A stretch of DNA of 64,000 nt from an uncultured delta proteobacterium (GCA_963745025.1 CAVUWD010000015.1:36441-100440); one strand, 5' to 3'; numbered from the stretch's first letter, positions 22,195-32,070 are shown. Program-made: numbers and translations. The notes: a model not told the origin generated them from the sequence alone.

Positions 22195-23420
22195 TGATCC
22201 CACTCGTAGCCGGAGAGAAACTTCTCTGCGGCCACGGCGTATTGGATCGTCGGCGGGCCTTCCTCGAGCCAGTTCAGGCGCGCGTCTCGATAGAGCCGCT
22301 CGATCGGGTGTGCGCGTGTGTACCCGATTCCCCCGTGGACCAGGAGCGCCCGGTCCGTGACGCGGCCTACCGCCTCCAATCCGAAGAGCTTACACATAGA
22401 TGCCTCTGCAGGAATGCGCCGTCCCTCGTCCCACTTTCGCGCCGCATCCGCGATCATCCCCCGCAGCGCATAGATGTCCGTTCCCATCTCGGCGAGGTAG
22501 CGTTGGATCGCCTGGCGGGCCGCGAGCGGCTTTCCGAAGGTGACTCGTTTCTTCGCAAAGGCAAGCGAGAGCTCGAAGGCGCGTTCCGCCGTCCCGAGCG
22601 AGGTCGCCGCTATGAAGACACGGCTGATCTCCAGAACCTCTTCCATCTGAAAGATCCCGCGGCCTTCCTCGCCAAGCAGGTTCGTCACGGGAACCCGAAC
22701 GTCCTCGAACTCGAGCTGCCCGTGCTCTCCGCCCTTGCAGCCCATCGTCTCTGGAAGCGGCCGAATCAAAAACCCCGGCGTCTCGCGCTCGACGAGGATC
22801 GCACTGACCCCGGCTGCACCAGCGCGCGGATCGGTTTTCGCAAAGACGACAAAGTGAGAGGCAAAGTCGGAGTTTGTAATGAGCCACTTCCGACCGTTCA
22901 CGACGTACTGGTCGCCGTCGCGGATCGCAGTCGTTCCGAGATCGGCCCCTGTCCCGTGATCCGGCTCAGTGAGCCCGAACGCGATTGACTGTTTCCCCTC
23001 GGCGACGCTCGGAAGGAGCTGCCTGCGCCGCTCCTCGTTCGCCATCGCGGCAAATCCGTGCGCGAGCGAATTGTGCACGTGCACCAGGACGCGGATCCCA
23101 CCCTGTATCTTCGAGAACTCCGCGAGGATCGGGAGGTACTGCGATGTCGAAAGACCTACGCCGCCGTACTCCTTAGGCACGAGCAGGCCAAAGGCGCGCA
23201 TCCGCCGCAGGAGCGGAAAGACCTTTTCGTGTGGGACGTGCTCGTTGTCTTCGATCTCTGCTTCGAACGGATCCAGGTCGCGCCAGATCGCCTCACAGAT
23301 CTCTTCTCGGAACCGCGAATACTCGGCGCTTGGAAGCCCCGGCTCGACGCGCTCGCGTTGGGCGGGCCGGCCGCTCCGGCGGCCCAGCTCGGCGAAACCC
23401 TTTCCGGTATTTGAACTCAT
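22191..23420 (-). CDS. Acyl-CoA dehydrogenase
   Basis: AFGLTEPDHG, VNGRKWLITN, RVTFGKPL..RQAIQ, HGGIGY..HPIERLYRDAR. Confidence 0.92.
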   Translation of the reverse strand: MSSNTGKGFAELGRRSGRPAQRERVEPGLPSAEYSRFREEICEAIWRDLDPFEAEIEDNEHVPHEKVFPLLRRMRAFGLLVPKEYGGVGLSTSQYLPILAEFSKIQGGIRVLVHVHNSLAHGFAAMANEERRRQLLPSVAEGKQSIAFGLTEPDHGTGADLGTTAIRDGDQYVVNGRKWLITNSDFASHFVVFAKTDPRAGAAGVSAILVERETPGFLIRPLPETMGCKGGEHGQLEFEDVRVPVTNLLGEEGRGIFQMEEVLEISRVFIAATSLGTAERAFELSLAFAKKRVTFGKPLAARQAIQRYLAEMGTDIYALRGMIADAARKWDEGRRIPAEASMCKLFGLEAVGRVTDRALLVHGGIGYTRAHPIERLYRDARLNWLEEGPPTIQYAVAAEKFLSGYEWDQ

Positions 23421-23482
23421 CTAACGACGTCCTCTTCTGTGTTGCGCCTGCGAATCTATGGATTCGTCTTTATAGTTGAGTT

Positions 23483-23501
23483 ATTTACTTCAGAGTAGAA
23501 T
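23483..23501. promoter_or_regulatory. Candidate TetR operator in a divergent promoter
   Basis: ATTTACTTCAGAGTAGAAT, an imperfect palindrome similar to 26732-26750. Confidence 0.45.
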
Positions 23502-23536
23502 CCATTGTCAAGCTGAATACCGAGGAGGGAGAGCCG

Positions 23537-24328
23537 ATGGGCCAAGTGGAAGGCAAAGTCGCACTTGTCACGGGTGGTGCTTCGGGTATCGGCGCTGCTT
23601 GCGTACGAGCAATCGCTCGCGAGGGCGGCAAGGTGCTCTTTACGGATCTCGATGAACCAAGCGGCGTGACGCTATGTCGCGCGATTATTTCGGCGGGCGG
23701 CGACGCTCTTTTTATGCGCCACGACGTAACACAGGAGGAAGAGTGGCCGACCGTGATCCGTGCCGCCGAGGAGCGCTACGGCCGTTTGGACGTCGTTGTT
23801 GCCAATGCCGGAATCTGCCTCCTCGCTTCCACCTCTGAGATGTCGCTCGCCGATTGGCGACGCCAGAACGCCGTGAACCTCGATGGCGTCTTCCTTTCGG
23901 TAAAGCATGCGCTTCCGGCGCTACGGCGATCAGGGGGCGGCAGCATCGTCATCGTCTCGTCGGTGGCTGGGTTACGAGGATCCGCGCGATTCGCTGGCTA
24001 CTGTGCGTCGAAGGGCGCCGTTCGCTTCTTCGCAAAGGCCGTAGCGATGGAGTGCGCTGAGGCAGGCGACGGGATTCGAGTGAATACCGTACATCCGGGC
24101 ATCATCGACACGCCGCTCTGGGCAAATCTGTCGACGGGTGAGGCGCGACGCCAGATCGACCCGCACCGGCTCGGTCGCGCTGACGTACCTCTTGGACGAA
24201 GCGGTCTCGCGGAAGAGGTCGCGGCGGGCGTCCTCTTTCTCGCGTCCGATGCGTCGAGCTACGTGACCGCCGCCGAGCTGGTCATCGACGGTGGCGTCTC
24301 CGGCGGAGCGCTCCCGCGTAGGCGCTAG
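23537..24328 (+). CDS. SDR-family oxidoreductase (3-beta-HSD / cyclopentanol dehydrogenase-like)
   Basis: TGGASGIG, NAGI, YCASKGAV, IRVNTVHPG.IDTP. Confidence 0.9.
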   Translation: MGQVEGKVALVTGGASGIGAACVRAIAREGGKVLFTDLDEPSGVTLCRAIISAGGDALFMRHDVTQEEEWPTVIRAAEERYGRLDVVVANAGICLLASTSEMSLADWRRQNAVNLDGVFLSVKHALPALRRSGGGSIVIVSSVAGLRGSARFAGYCASKGAVRFFAKAVAMECAEAGDGIRVNTVHPGIIDTPLWANLSTGEARRQIDPHRLGRADVPLGRSGLAEEVAAGVLFLASDASSYVTAAELVIDGGVSGGALPRRR

Positions 24329-25005
24329 GCTCTCGCCAACTTACCTTGGGCTGAAGCTCCTTCGCGAGGCATCAAGCCGCGGAAGAGAAGACCGATGAAG
24401 TGGTCGGCGATCTCGGCCCCCCTCAGCGGACCCTCCGGAGAGTACCAGCGGGTTAGCCAATTCACCGAGCCCATCAGGAAGAGCTCGGTCATCTTCGGGT
24501 CCACGGCGGAGAGGCTCCCCTCCTTCACTCCGTCTGCGATGGTCTTCCGAAGTCTTTTGCCGAAGGCGTCGCGGCGAGCGAGAATCACCGCTCGGTCGCG
24601 TGGCAGAAGCGCATTCACCTCGAGAAGCACGGCGCACGACCCCAGCGCGCTCGTGAGCGCCTCGATGTAGCGCTTCAAGAAGAGGCGAAGCACGTCGAGC
24701 TTGTTCTTGCCTTCAGCTTCCGCCCTGCGGAATGCGTCTTCGCCGACTTCGAAGGAGAGCTTGTGGCATTCGAAGAGAAGCTCGTGCTTGCTCCTGAAGT
24801 AGTAGTAAAGGGCGGCCTTGCTGACTTTCAGATTCTCGGCAACGTCATCAAGAGAAGTATCGTGGAAGCCCTTGCGGCTGAAGGCTCGGCCCGCAGCACG
24901 CAGCAAGGCCATTCTCTTCTTCTCAAACTGCTCCTCCCCGCTCAGGCCAGTATCTTGCCACGCGCGTTTCATCTTTTCGTCTCTACGGATGAAGGTTTGC
25001 CTCAC
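24325..25005 (-). CDS. TetR/AcrR-family regulator (KstR2-like C-terminus)
   Basis: AFSRKGFHDTSLDDVA..L.VSKAALYYYFRSK. C-terminal GSVNWLTRWYSPEG. Confidence 0.9.
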   Translation of the reverse strand: MRQTFIRRDEKMKRAWQDTGLSGEEQFEKKRMALLRAAGRAFSRKGFHDTSLDDVAENLKVSKAALYYYFRSKHELLFECHKLSFEVGEDAFRRAEAEGKNKLDVLRLFLKRYIEALTSALGSCAVLLEVNALLPRDRAVILARRDAFGKRLRKTIADGVKEGSLSAVDPKMTELFLMGSVNWLTRWYSPEGPLRGAEIADHFIGLLFRGLMPREGASAQGKLARA

Positions 25006-25055
25006 CAGTAATCGAGGAGGTCGCGATCGTCAACTTCGTCGCGGGAAGTCGGCAC

Positions 25056-25862
25056 TCACTGGAGCAGGGGCTTCGCGAAGGCCCCTGCGGTGATCCCTCT
25101 GACCGGCCCATCGTTCAACTGCCGCCAGAGCTCGGGGTCGTGACCAAAGATCAGGCGGGCTCCCTTCGCTTCGAGCGCACGAAAACGCTTGAGCGCATCG
25201 AGCATGAGCTCCCGGTCATCGAGGAAGCTCGGCGGCAAACGCATCTCCTCGAGCGTCCGGCGCATGTAGCAGGCATCAGCCGTGAGAACGATCTCCCCGC
25301 CGTCGGTCTTCACCTTGAGTGACTGGTGTCCGGGAGTGTGCCCGTATGTAGGCACGCAGACGACCGCTCCGTCCCCGAAGAGATCATGCTCGCCGTCCAC
25401 CTCGAGCCGATCGTGTCCCAGGTTGTAGTTCGTGGGATCGAAGTAATTCCGCTGTTGTGCTTCGGAGATCTGACCAGCGGCCCATTCCCGGCGCTGAATC
25501 ACGAGCCGTGCGTTCGGGATGAGCGCGTTTCCACCGACATGGTCGAAATGCAGATGCGAGTTTACGAGGAAGTCGATCCTCTCGGGATCCCGTCCGCTCG
25601 CTCGTAGGCGGGTCGAGAGCTCTTCGCCTGGCGAAAACCCGACCGTCGCCACGTCCGCGAGTGGTCCCAGTCCTGCGCGCCTCGCTTCGTCGCTCCCTTG
25701 GAGCGCGACCGAAAGGCCCGTATCGAAAATGACAGTGCCTTTCGGATGCTCCACGAGGTAGCTCGGGATCGGCACGGCGATCACTCCTCGACCGCCCTCG
25801 ATCAAGAGCTCTAGCGGCATCGTCAGCGAGCCACACGTCATCCCATAGAGACGAACACTCAT
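25056..25862 (-). CDS. N-acyl homoserine lactonase-family metallo-beta-lactamase (AiiA/AttM-like)
   Basis: YLVEHPKG..FDTG, NSHLHFDHVGG, TYGHTPGHQSL, ADACY, IFGHD. Confidence 0.88.
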   Translation of the reverse strand: MSVRLYGMTCGSLTMPLELLIEGGRGVIAVPIPSYLVEHPKGTVIFDTGLSVALQGSDEARRAGLGPLADVATVGFSPGEELSTRLRASGRDPERIDFLVNSHLHFDHVGGNALIPNARLVIQRREWAAGQISEAQQRNYFDPTNYNLGHDRLEVDGEHDLFGDGAVVCVPTYGHTPGHQSLKVKTDGGEIVLTADACYMRRTLEEMRLPPSFLDDRELMLDALKRFRALEAKGARLIFGHDPELWRQLNDGPVRGITAGAFAKPLLQ

Positions 25863-25905
25863 TGCTCCACCCTCGTAGTCGATCCGGTGAGTTCAGTCCC
25901 CATCA

Positions 25906-26703
25906 CTAGGCGCCGATGAACCGCGGCCTTCGTTTCTCGGCGAAGGCCTCGAGCCCTTCTTTCATGTCGTGGCTCTGAGCGTGCACTTCGCTCGCGAGGA
26001 GCTCGAGGCGAAGCGCTGTCGCGATTGGCTGCTCTAGGCCGTCGTCAACCAGTGCCTTCATCCGCCGCAGGACAAGCGAGCTCTTGTCCGCGAACTTCGC
26101 GATCAACTCCTCGGTAGCAGCAAGCAGATCACAGTCGTCCACAACCTTATGGACGAGTCCCATGACGAGCAGTTCTTCCGCGGGAAGAGACTCGCCGGTG
26201 TAGAGAAGATACTTCGCCCGTCCCGGACCAATCTTCCGCGGCAAGCGCACCGAAGCACCCCCACCTGGAAGCAGACCGTAGTTTGCATGCGCGTCGCCTA
26301 GCCTTGCCGACCGCGCGGCGACGACGAGATCGCAGCAGAGGACCAGTTCGAGGCCTCCCGCGAGGGCCAACCCGTTCACGGCAGCCACGACGGGGCGCGG
26401 AAACGACTCGAGCCGGCCCATGACTCCGAGAACCGAACGGAGAAATGTCGCGATCGCGGCCGAGTCGCCTCCCGCTATTCCGCGTATAAATTTGAGATCC
26501 GCCCCTGCGCAAAACGCCCGCCCTACTCCGGTCAGAACAACCGCCTTAATTGCTGGATCGGTTTCGGCCGTGTCCAGCGCTGCATGGATACCAGAGACTA
26601 CATCTGGTGATATCGCGTTCATCGCCTCCGGGCGGTTGAGGCGGATCCAAAGGGCTCCGTTCCGCGCATCTACTACAACTTCTCTACCGAAGATGGTGGG
26701 CAT
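25906..26703 (-). CDS. Enoyl-CoA hydratase/isomerase
   Basis: LNRPEAMNA, GRAFCAGADL, AVNGLALAGGLEL, EGL.AF.EKR.P. Confidence 0.92.
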   Translation of the reverse strand: MPTIFGREVVVDARNGALWIRLNRPEAMNAISPDVVSGIHAALDTAETDPAIKAVVLTGVGRAFCAGADLKFIRGIAGGDSAAIATFLRSVLGVMGRLESFPRPVVAAVNGLALAGGLELVLCCDLVVAARSARLGDAHANYGLLPGGGASVRLPRKIGPGRAKYLLYTGESLPAEELLVMGLVHKVVDDCDLLAATEELIAKFADKSSLVLRRMKALVDDGLEQPIATALRLELLASEVHAQSHDMKEGLEAFAEKRRPRFIGA

Positions 26704-26731
26704 CTCTCTGATTAGTCTCCGTAGTCACTAC

Positions 26732-26750
26732 ATTGACTTTAGGGTTGAAT
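26732..26750. promoter_or_regulatory. Candidate TetR operator in a divergent promoter
   Basis: ATTGACTTTAGGGTTGAAT overlaps a TTGACT -35-like hexamer and resembles 23483-23501. Confidence 0.45.
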
Positions 26751-26841
26751 TACTATCTAAATAGTCACATGATGTCAATCGAGAAATTGCTTGAGGAGCC
26801 GTGCTTGACGGTTGTACCGTTCGGTCGGTAAAGAGCGCCGC

Positions 26842-28410
26842 ATGAAGCATCACCCTCGCAGCAGCTTCACGCTGTGGAACGTCCTGCACAAAAACCGGAT
26901 CGCGCAACCCACGCGCGGGGACCGTGTGGCGCTCATCTTCGAGAATCGGAAGTTCACCTACCCGGAGCTCGAGGAGCGCGCGCAGCGTCTGGCGTCCGCG
27001 CTGCACGCCGTCGGCTTCCGCCACGGCGACCGCGTGGCGATGATCTCGTTCAACCGCCCGGAGTGGTTCGACCTGTTCTTCGCCTTGGCGAAGCTCGGCG
27101 GCGTGCTAGTGCCGATTAACTACTATCTGAAGCCCGTCGAAATCCGTGACATCATCCGCGACGCCGGCGCGTCCTGGGTCGTCTGCCAGGACGAGCTCTG
27201 GGAAATCACCCGCAAGCTCCGCGGGGAGCTCCACGCCGGGACCCGCTACGTGATCATCGGACAGGCCCGGGAAGACGCCACGTACACGTTCGACAAGCTC
27301 AAGGAGCAGGGCTCTTCCGAGGGGATCGACGTCCAGGCCGACCTGCATGACCTGTTCTTGCTACAATACACATCGGGCACGACGGGCCTGCCGAAGGGAG
27401 TGATGCACACCCAGGAAACGATCCTGTGGAACGTGCTCACGCAGATCGCCGACTTCCGGATCACCCGCGACGACGTCTACCTCAATGTCCCGGCCCTGTG
27501 CTGGGCGGCCGGCTTCCACGACTTCACTCTGGAGACGCTGTGGGTGGGAGGAACCGTGGTGCTGAGCGCCTCGCGCGCGTTCGACGGCGAGACCTTCTGC
27601 CGGTTGGTCGCCGAGCACGGGGCGACGCGGGTGCTCCTGGTGCCCTCGGCGTTTCGCATCGTGCTCGGCTCGGACGCGATCGAGCGATACGACATGAGTT
27701 CGCTCCGATACGTGCTCTGCGGCGCCGAGCCCGTGCCGGTAAGTCTCATCGAGCGGGCGAAGGAGCGACTGCCGAACTGCAAGGTCCAGCAGGGTTACGG
27801 TCTATCGGAGTTCCCGGCCATCATGCTGTTCCTCGACGAAGCCGACGCTTTCGAGAAGAAGGGCTCCACCGGGAGGGCCACACTCACTGCCGAGGTGCGC
27901 GTGCTCGACGAGAACGGTCACGACTGTCCTCCCGGCAAGAACGGCGAAATCGTCTGCCGCTCACCGCAGACGATGCTCGGTTACTACAACAAGTCGGATG
28001 CCACGGCGGATACGATCCGTGACGGTTGGCTCCACACCGGCGACCAGGGCTACGTGGACGAGGACGGCTACGTCTACATCTCGGGTCGCAAGAAGGACAT
28101 GATCATCACCGGCGGTCTCAACGTCTATCCGGCCGAGATCGAGCGGGTCCTGGAGAAGCATCCGGCAGTGAAGGAAGTCGCGGTGATCGGCGTACCCGAC
28201 GAGAAGTACGGCGAGGTCGCGCGCGCCGTGATCGTGCTCCAGGAGGGCCGCTCGGTGAACGAGGAAGAGCTCACGAAGCTGCTGCGCGAGCAGCTGGCCA
28301 ACTACAAGGTCCCGCGCCAGTTCGCTTTCCAAACGGAGCCTCTGCCCCGCACTACTTCCGGCAAGGTGCAGAAGTTCGTGATCCGAGAGCAGCAGGGAGT
28401 GCCGCGATGA
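26842..28410 (+). CDS. Acyl-CoA synthetase (AMP-forming)
   Basis: YTSGTTGLPKG, QGYGLSE, GWLHTGD, GRKKDMIITGG.NVYPAEIE, LPRTTSGKVQK. Confidence 0.93.
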   Translation: MKHHPRSSFTLWNVLHKNRIAQPTRGDRVALIFENRKFTYPELEERAQRLASALHAVGFRHGDRVAMISFNRPEWFDLFFALAKLGGVLVPINYYLKPVEIRDIIRDAGASWVVCQDELWEITRKLRGELHAGTRYVIIGQAREDATYTFDKLKEQGSSEGIDVQADLHDLFLLQYTSGTTGLPKGVMHTQETILWNVLTQIADFRITRDDVYLNVPALCWAAGFHDFTLETLWVGGTVVLSASRAFDGETFCRLVAEHGATRVLLVPSAFRIVLGSDAIERYDMSSLRYVLCGAEPVPVSLIERAKERLPNCKVQQGYGLSEFPAIMLFLDEADAFEKKGSTGRATLTAEVRVLDENGHDCPPGKNGEIVCRSPQTMLGYYNKSDATADTIRDGWLHTGDQGYVDEDGYVYISGRKKDMIITGGLNVYPAEIERVLEKHPAVKEVAVIGVPDEKYGEVARAVIVLQEGRSVNEEELTKLLREQLANYKVPRQFAFQTEPLPRTTSGKVQKFVIREQQGVPR

Positions 28411-28475
28411 CCATGGCCGCTAGCGCCTACGCCACCTTTCGGCGGTAGCTCCATCCGCCGCCCGCTTCTTATCTC

Positions 28476-28632
28476 TCGCCGCACTGCCTCCGTCACTCCT
28501 TACGCCTCACTTCTCCTCCAGCGAGGCGAGAGCCCCAAATACGTGAATCGCCAGCTCGGTCACGCGTCGATCGAGCTCACGGTCGACACGTACGGGAAGT
28601 GGCTGCCTCGAGGGAACAAGGCAGCGGTCGAC
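28476..28632 (+). pseudogene. Tyrosine integrase, C-terminal catalytic fragment
   Basis: SPHCLRHS, a +1 frameshift, then YASLLLQRGESPKYVNRQLGHASIELTVDTYGKW. The HxLRH and LGH...Y motifs are present. Confidence 0.8.
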
Positions 28633-28723
28633 CCTGGAGCGCTGAACCTACCTACGAAGAAGCCGCGAGGCATGTTGGCGTGCGACAGCACAGAGGATCG
28701 CCGAATATCACTCAGCGTTCCCC

Positions 28724-28762
28724 CTTCTCACCTTCGAACAACCTCCTAAACGACCTCCCGGC
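28724..28762 (+). repeat. 39-bp direct repeat, copy B; candidate integrase arm-type sites upstream of tRNA-Sec
   Basis: CTTCTCACCTTCGAACAACCTCCTAAACGACCTCCCGGC matches 11393-11431. Confidence 0.75.
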
Positions 28763-28811
28763 CCCTAGACACACCGATCGACCTGAGCTAACTCCCTGAT
28801 TTCGCAGGCGG

Positions 28812-28906
28812 GGAGATGGAAGAGGCCCGGCGGCCTCAGCGGTCTTCAAAACCGCATCAGGGCCGATAAGGTCCTGGGTGGGTTCGACTCCCATCCATCT
28901 CCGCCA
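28812..28906 (+). tRNA. selC: tRNA-Sec (anticodon UCA)
   Basis: 8-bp acceptor stem GGAGATGG/CCATCTCC plus GCCA; 6-bp D stem GAGGCC/GGCCTC with a 4-nt loop; anticodon loop CTTCAAA; long variable arm; T arm GTGGG-TTCGACT-CCCAT; 95 nt. Confidence 0.95.
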
Positions 28907-28996
28907 TTTTCCGCGGGGTTACGTCGCGATTGGCCCTCGCGAGGGCCAAACGTTCCCTCTCTTGCCCAAAGAGCGACGCACGGAGCCCTCCCGAAC

Positions 28997-30219
28997 CCGT
29001 AGTGGCTAGCACAGCCATCCGGCTCGGAACTCCATGGAATTCGTCGTTCGACGGTCCGGTGACCCTTGTTCGGGATGAGCCGAGAACGCCGCGATGCCCA
29101 TGCGCCTGATGTCCTGCCTTGCCACGGCCATCGCCTCGCTTCGCGACCGGATACGCCGATGGACGCGCCCCTCGACCCGACCCATCGTTGGGTACCTCAT
29201 CGACCGGTTCCGCTCGCCCGCGGACCTGGCCCGCGAGAATGCGCTCCTGCGCAAGCAACTCGAGGTCGCCTACCGACAGATCACGCGCCCACGGTTCACC
29301 CGGGCGGATCGGGGGATGCTCGTGCTCCTCGCACAGCTCTGCCCGACCTGGCGGAGCGCCACACTCCTCGTCCAGCCCGAGACCATCCTGCGCTGGCACC
29401 GACAAGCCTTCGAGCTCTTCTGGCGTCGCAAGTCCAAGCGGGCAGGAGCGCCGCCGCGGATCGGCGTGGACACGATCGCCCTGATCGAGACAATGGCCAG
29501 CAAGAACCGGCTCTGGGGCGCCGAGCGGATCCGCGGGGAGCTGCTGAAGCTCAACGTTCGCGTCGCCAAGCGCACGATCCAGCGGTACATGCGGCGAGTC
29601 CGGCAGCCACGACCGCCCGGCCAGCGCTGGGCGACGTTTCTGCGCAACCACGCGCACGCAACCTGGGCCTGCGATTTCCTGCAGACCTACGACCTGCTCT
29701 TCCGACCGATCTTTGCGTTCTTGCTGATCGAACTCGGGTCGCGGCGGGTTGCGCACGTAGGGGTGACGCGCTCACCCGTCGAGCGCATGGGTGACCCAGC
29801 AGCTCCGCGAGGCGACGGCGTGGGGTGAAGGCCCGCGTTTCCTGATCCGCGACAACGACGACAAGTTCGGCACGCGATTCGACGACGTGGCGGAGGGGAC
29901 CGGGATCAAGATTCTCCGTACGCCCGTCCGAGCACCGAACGCGAACGCGTTCTGCGAGCGCTTCCTGCGAAGCGTGCGCGCCGAGTGCCTCGACCACGTG
30001 CTCATCCGCGGCGAGGATCACCTCGGGTTTATCCTCCGGCGCTACGGCGCCTACTTCAACGACGCACGGCCGCACCAGGGCATCAGCCAGAAGATTCCGA
30101 GCGGGCCACCCGAACCACCGGCCGGCGGCGGGAAGATCAAGGAAACCCCCATTCTCGGCGGCCTCCACTACGACTACCGGCTGGCTGCCTAGCTCGGATG
30201 GATCAGGTATCCAGTACGG
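28997..30219 (+). mobile_element. IS element with an integrase-core (rve, IS3/IS481-like) transposase, frameshifted near 29790
   Basis: Imperfect inverted repeats CCGTAGTGGCTAG..CCATCCG and CGGATGG..TATCCAGTACGG. ORF motifs VQPETILRWHR, WGAERIRGELLKL, WACDF, LIRDND.KF, PNANAFCER, RPHQG, LGGLHYDY. Confidence 0.85.
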
Positions 30220-30675
30220 CCTCGAGCTCCGCCATCGTCTCGACCCGAATTCCCGCCTCGTTACTCATCGCCGTGGATACCGCCATTCAAACTGGTGGCC
30301 ACCCGCGAGGCAAGTAGGAAGGGACGGTCTTGAGGTCAGCAGCGCCCGGCGATCACCCGCCCGTGGATGGCACACGGTTAGCGTTCCGGCGCCCTTCACT
30401 ACTGCCCGCTTGAGTCCAGCGCCTTGGCGGCCACCATTCCCATCGCGTGATCGACGACCGAGACTCGGCTCCGACACCGACCGTACCCTCGCCGCCGCCG
30501 TCGGCGCCGTCGACTCCAAACGACACGCCGACGAAGTCCTCCGCGACATCCCGCCACGCCACTAGCTCGATCGTCGTCCGTCCCTGCATGCCGCGCCGAC
30601 TCCGCCGGCCCGGCACCCCGCCACCGCGAGCCCACCCGCCGCCCTCTCGCCTCCGCCTTGTGGAAGGCCGTTCGG

Positions 30676-32070
30676 CTATTCCACATACCCGAGTGCTCGC
30701 AGCGCGCGGACCTTCTCGGGCGGGACCGCCGCGCTCGTGTCGCCGGTCGCCGCGAGGGACGCGCGCCACTGCTCGAGTGCGCCGCGCAGCTCCGCCTCGA
30801 CCGCCGGGAGCGCGCGCGCGAGGTCGTGCGCCTCGCCCGGGTCGTCCCTGAGGTCGTAGAGCTGCGTGCGCGCGAACGGCGTCGACAGGATGAGCTTGTA
30901 GCGCCCGTTCTGCACGCTGAACTGCTCGAAGGAGCGCCACCGCATCTGCTTCGAGAACGGCAGGAGGCGGCGCTCGGAAAAGACCAGTCGGGCACCGGCC
31001 GGCTCTTGTCCGCCGATCTCCGGGACCAGGCTGCGTCCGTGGACCGCGAATCCCGGCGCTCCCACCAGCTCGACGATGGTCGGCGCGAGGTCGATCAGCG
31101 ACGCCGGACCCGGCAGCACGTGCCCCGCCGGCAGCACGCCGGGCCGGCGGAGGATCAACGGGACCTCGAGCACCTCCTGGTAGAGGAGCTGGCCGTGGTC
31201 GAACGCGTAGCGGTGCGTGCGGTCGCGCTCGGCGAGCGTCTCGCCGTGGTCGGCGGTCACCACGACCAGCGGTGGATTGCCGGGCGGCGCCAGCTCGTCG
31301 GCGAGGGCGACGAGCTGGCCGGCTAGGTCGTCGGCGTACGCGATCTCGTCGTCGTAGAGGGCGGTCATGACCCGGATCTCGGTTGGGGGATAGGGATCGC
31401 GGCTGGCCCCGTTGCCGCGATAGACCGGCGCGGGATCGCCGGGGGTGCCGAAGCGGAAGAGGAACGGCGTCGGGGCCCCGTACGGGGTGTGCGGGTCGAA
31501 CAGATGCACCCACACGAACATCGGCTCGGAGCGGTGGGCGCGCATCCACGCCATCGCCGACGTGACCGTCTTGCCGCCGATGCGCTGCGCGCCCTCCGGT
31601 CCCTCCTCGTGCTCGAACCCCTGGAGGCGGAGCTCGCTCGGGACCAGGTGGGCGCGCGAGACGAAGGCGGCGGTGTGGTAGCCGAGCCCGCGTGCCCAGG
31701 ACGCGAGCGTCGGGATCGACGGGTCGGCGAGCGTGTGCCCGTTCATCCGGATGCCGTGCGTGCGGGGCTGGAGCCCGGTGAGGATCGACGCGTGCGCCGG
31801 ATCCGTCATCGGCATCGGCGTGATGACCTGCTTGACGCGCACGCCTTCGGCGGCGACGCGCGAGAGCGCCGGGGAGGTCGGGCGGGCGTAGCCGTAGGTT
31901 GAGAGGTGGTCGGTGCGGGTCGTGTCGAGCGTCACCAGCAGGATGACGGTCGGTCGCGGCGGGGCGGCGACGGCGGCGCCCCTCCCCACGACGGTGGCCA
32001 GCACGAGGACGAGCAGACGGCGAGGGCACGACACGCGGGCGCCACTCTGCCCGACGGTCCCGCCGCCCAC
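30676..32070 (-). CDS. Sulfatase-like hydrolase/transferase (alkaline phosphatase superfamily), secreted
   Basis: LLVTLDTTRTDHL..YGY, T-D-P-A-H at the nucleophile position, WVHLFDPH.PY, TADHGE, C-terminal LRALGY. Confidence 0.85.
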   Translation of the reverse strand: MGGGTVGQSGARVSCPRRLLVLVLATVVGRGAAVAAPPRPTVILLVTLDTTRTDHLSTYGYARPTSPALSRVAAEGVRVKQVITPMPMTDPAHASILTGLQPRTHGIRMNGHTLADPSIPTLASWARGLGYHTAAFVSRAHLVPSELRLQGFEHEEGPEGAQRIGGKTVTSAMAWMRAHRSEPMFVWVHLFDPHTPYGAPTPFLFRFGTPGDPAPVYRGNGASRDPYPPTEIRVMTALYDDEIAYADDLAGQLVALADELAPPGNPPLVVVTADHGETLAERDRTHRYAFDHGQLLYQEVLEVPLILRRPGVLPAGHVLPGPASLIDLAPTIVELVGAPGFAVHGRSLVPEIGGQEPAGARLVFSERRLLPFSKQMRWRSFEQFSVQNGRYKLILSTPFARTQLYDLRDDPGEAHDLARALPAVEAELRGALEQWRASLAATGDTSAAVPPEKVRALRALGYVE

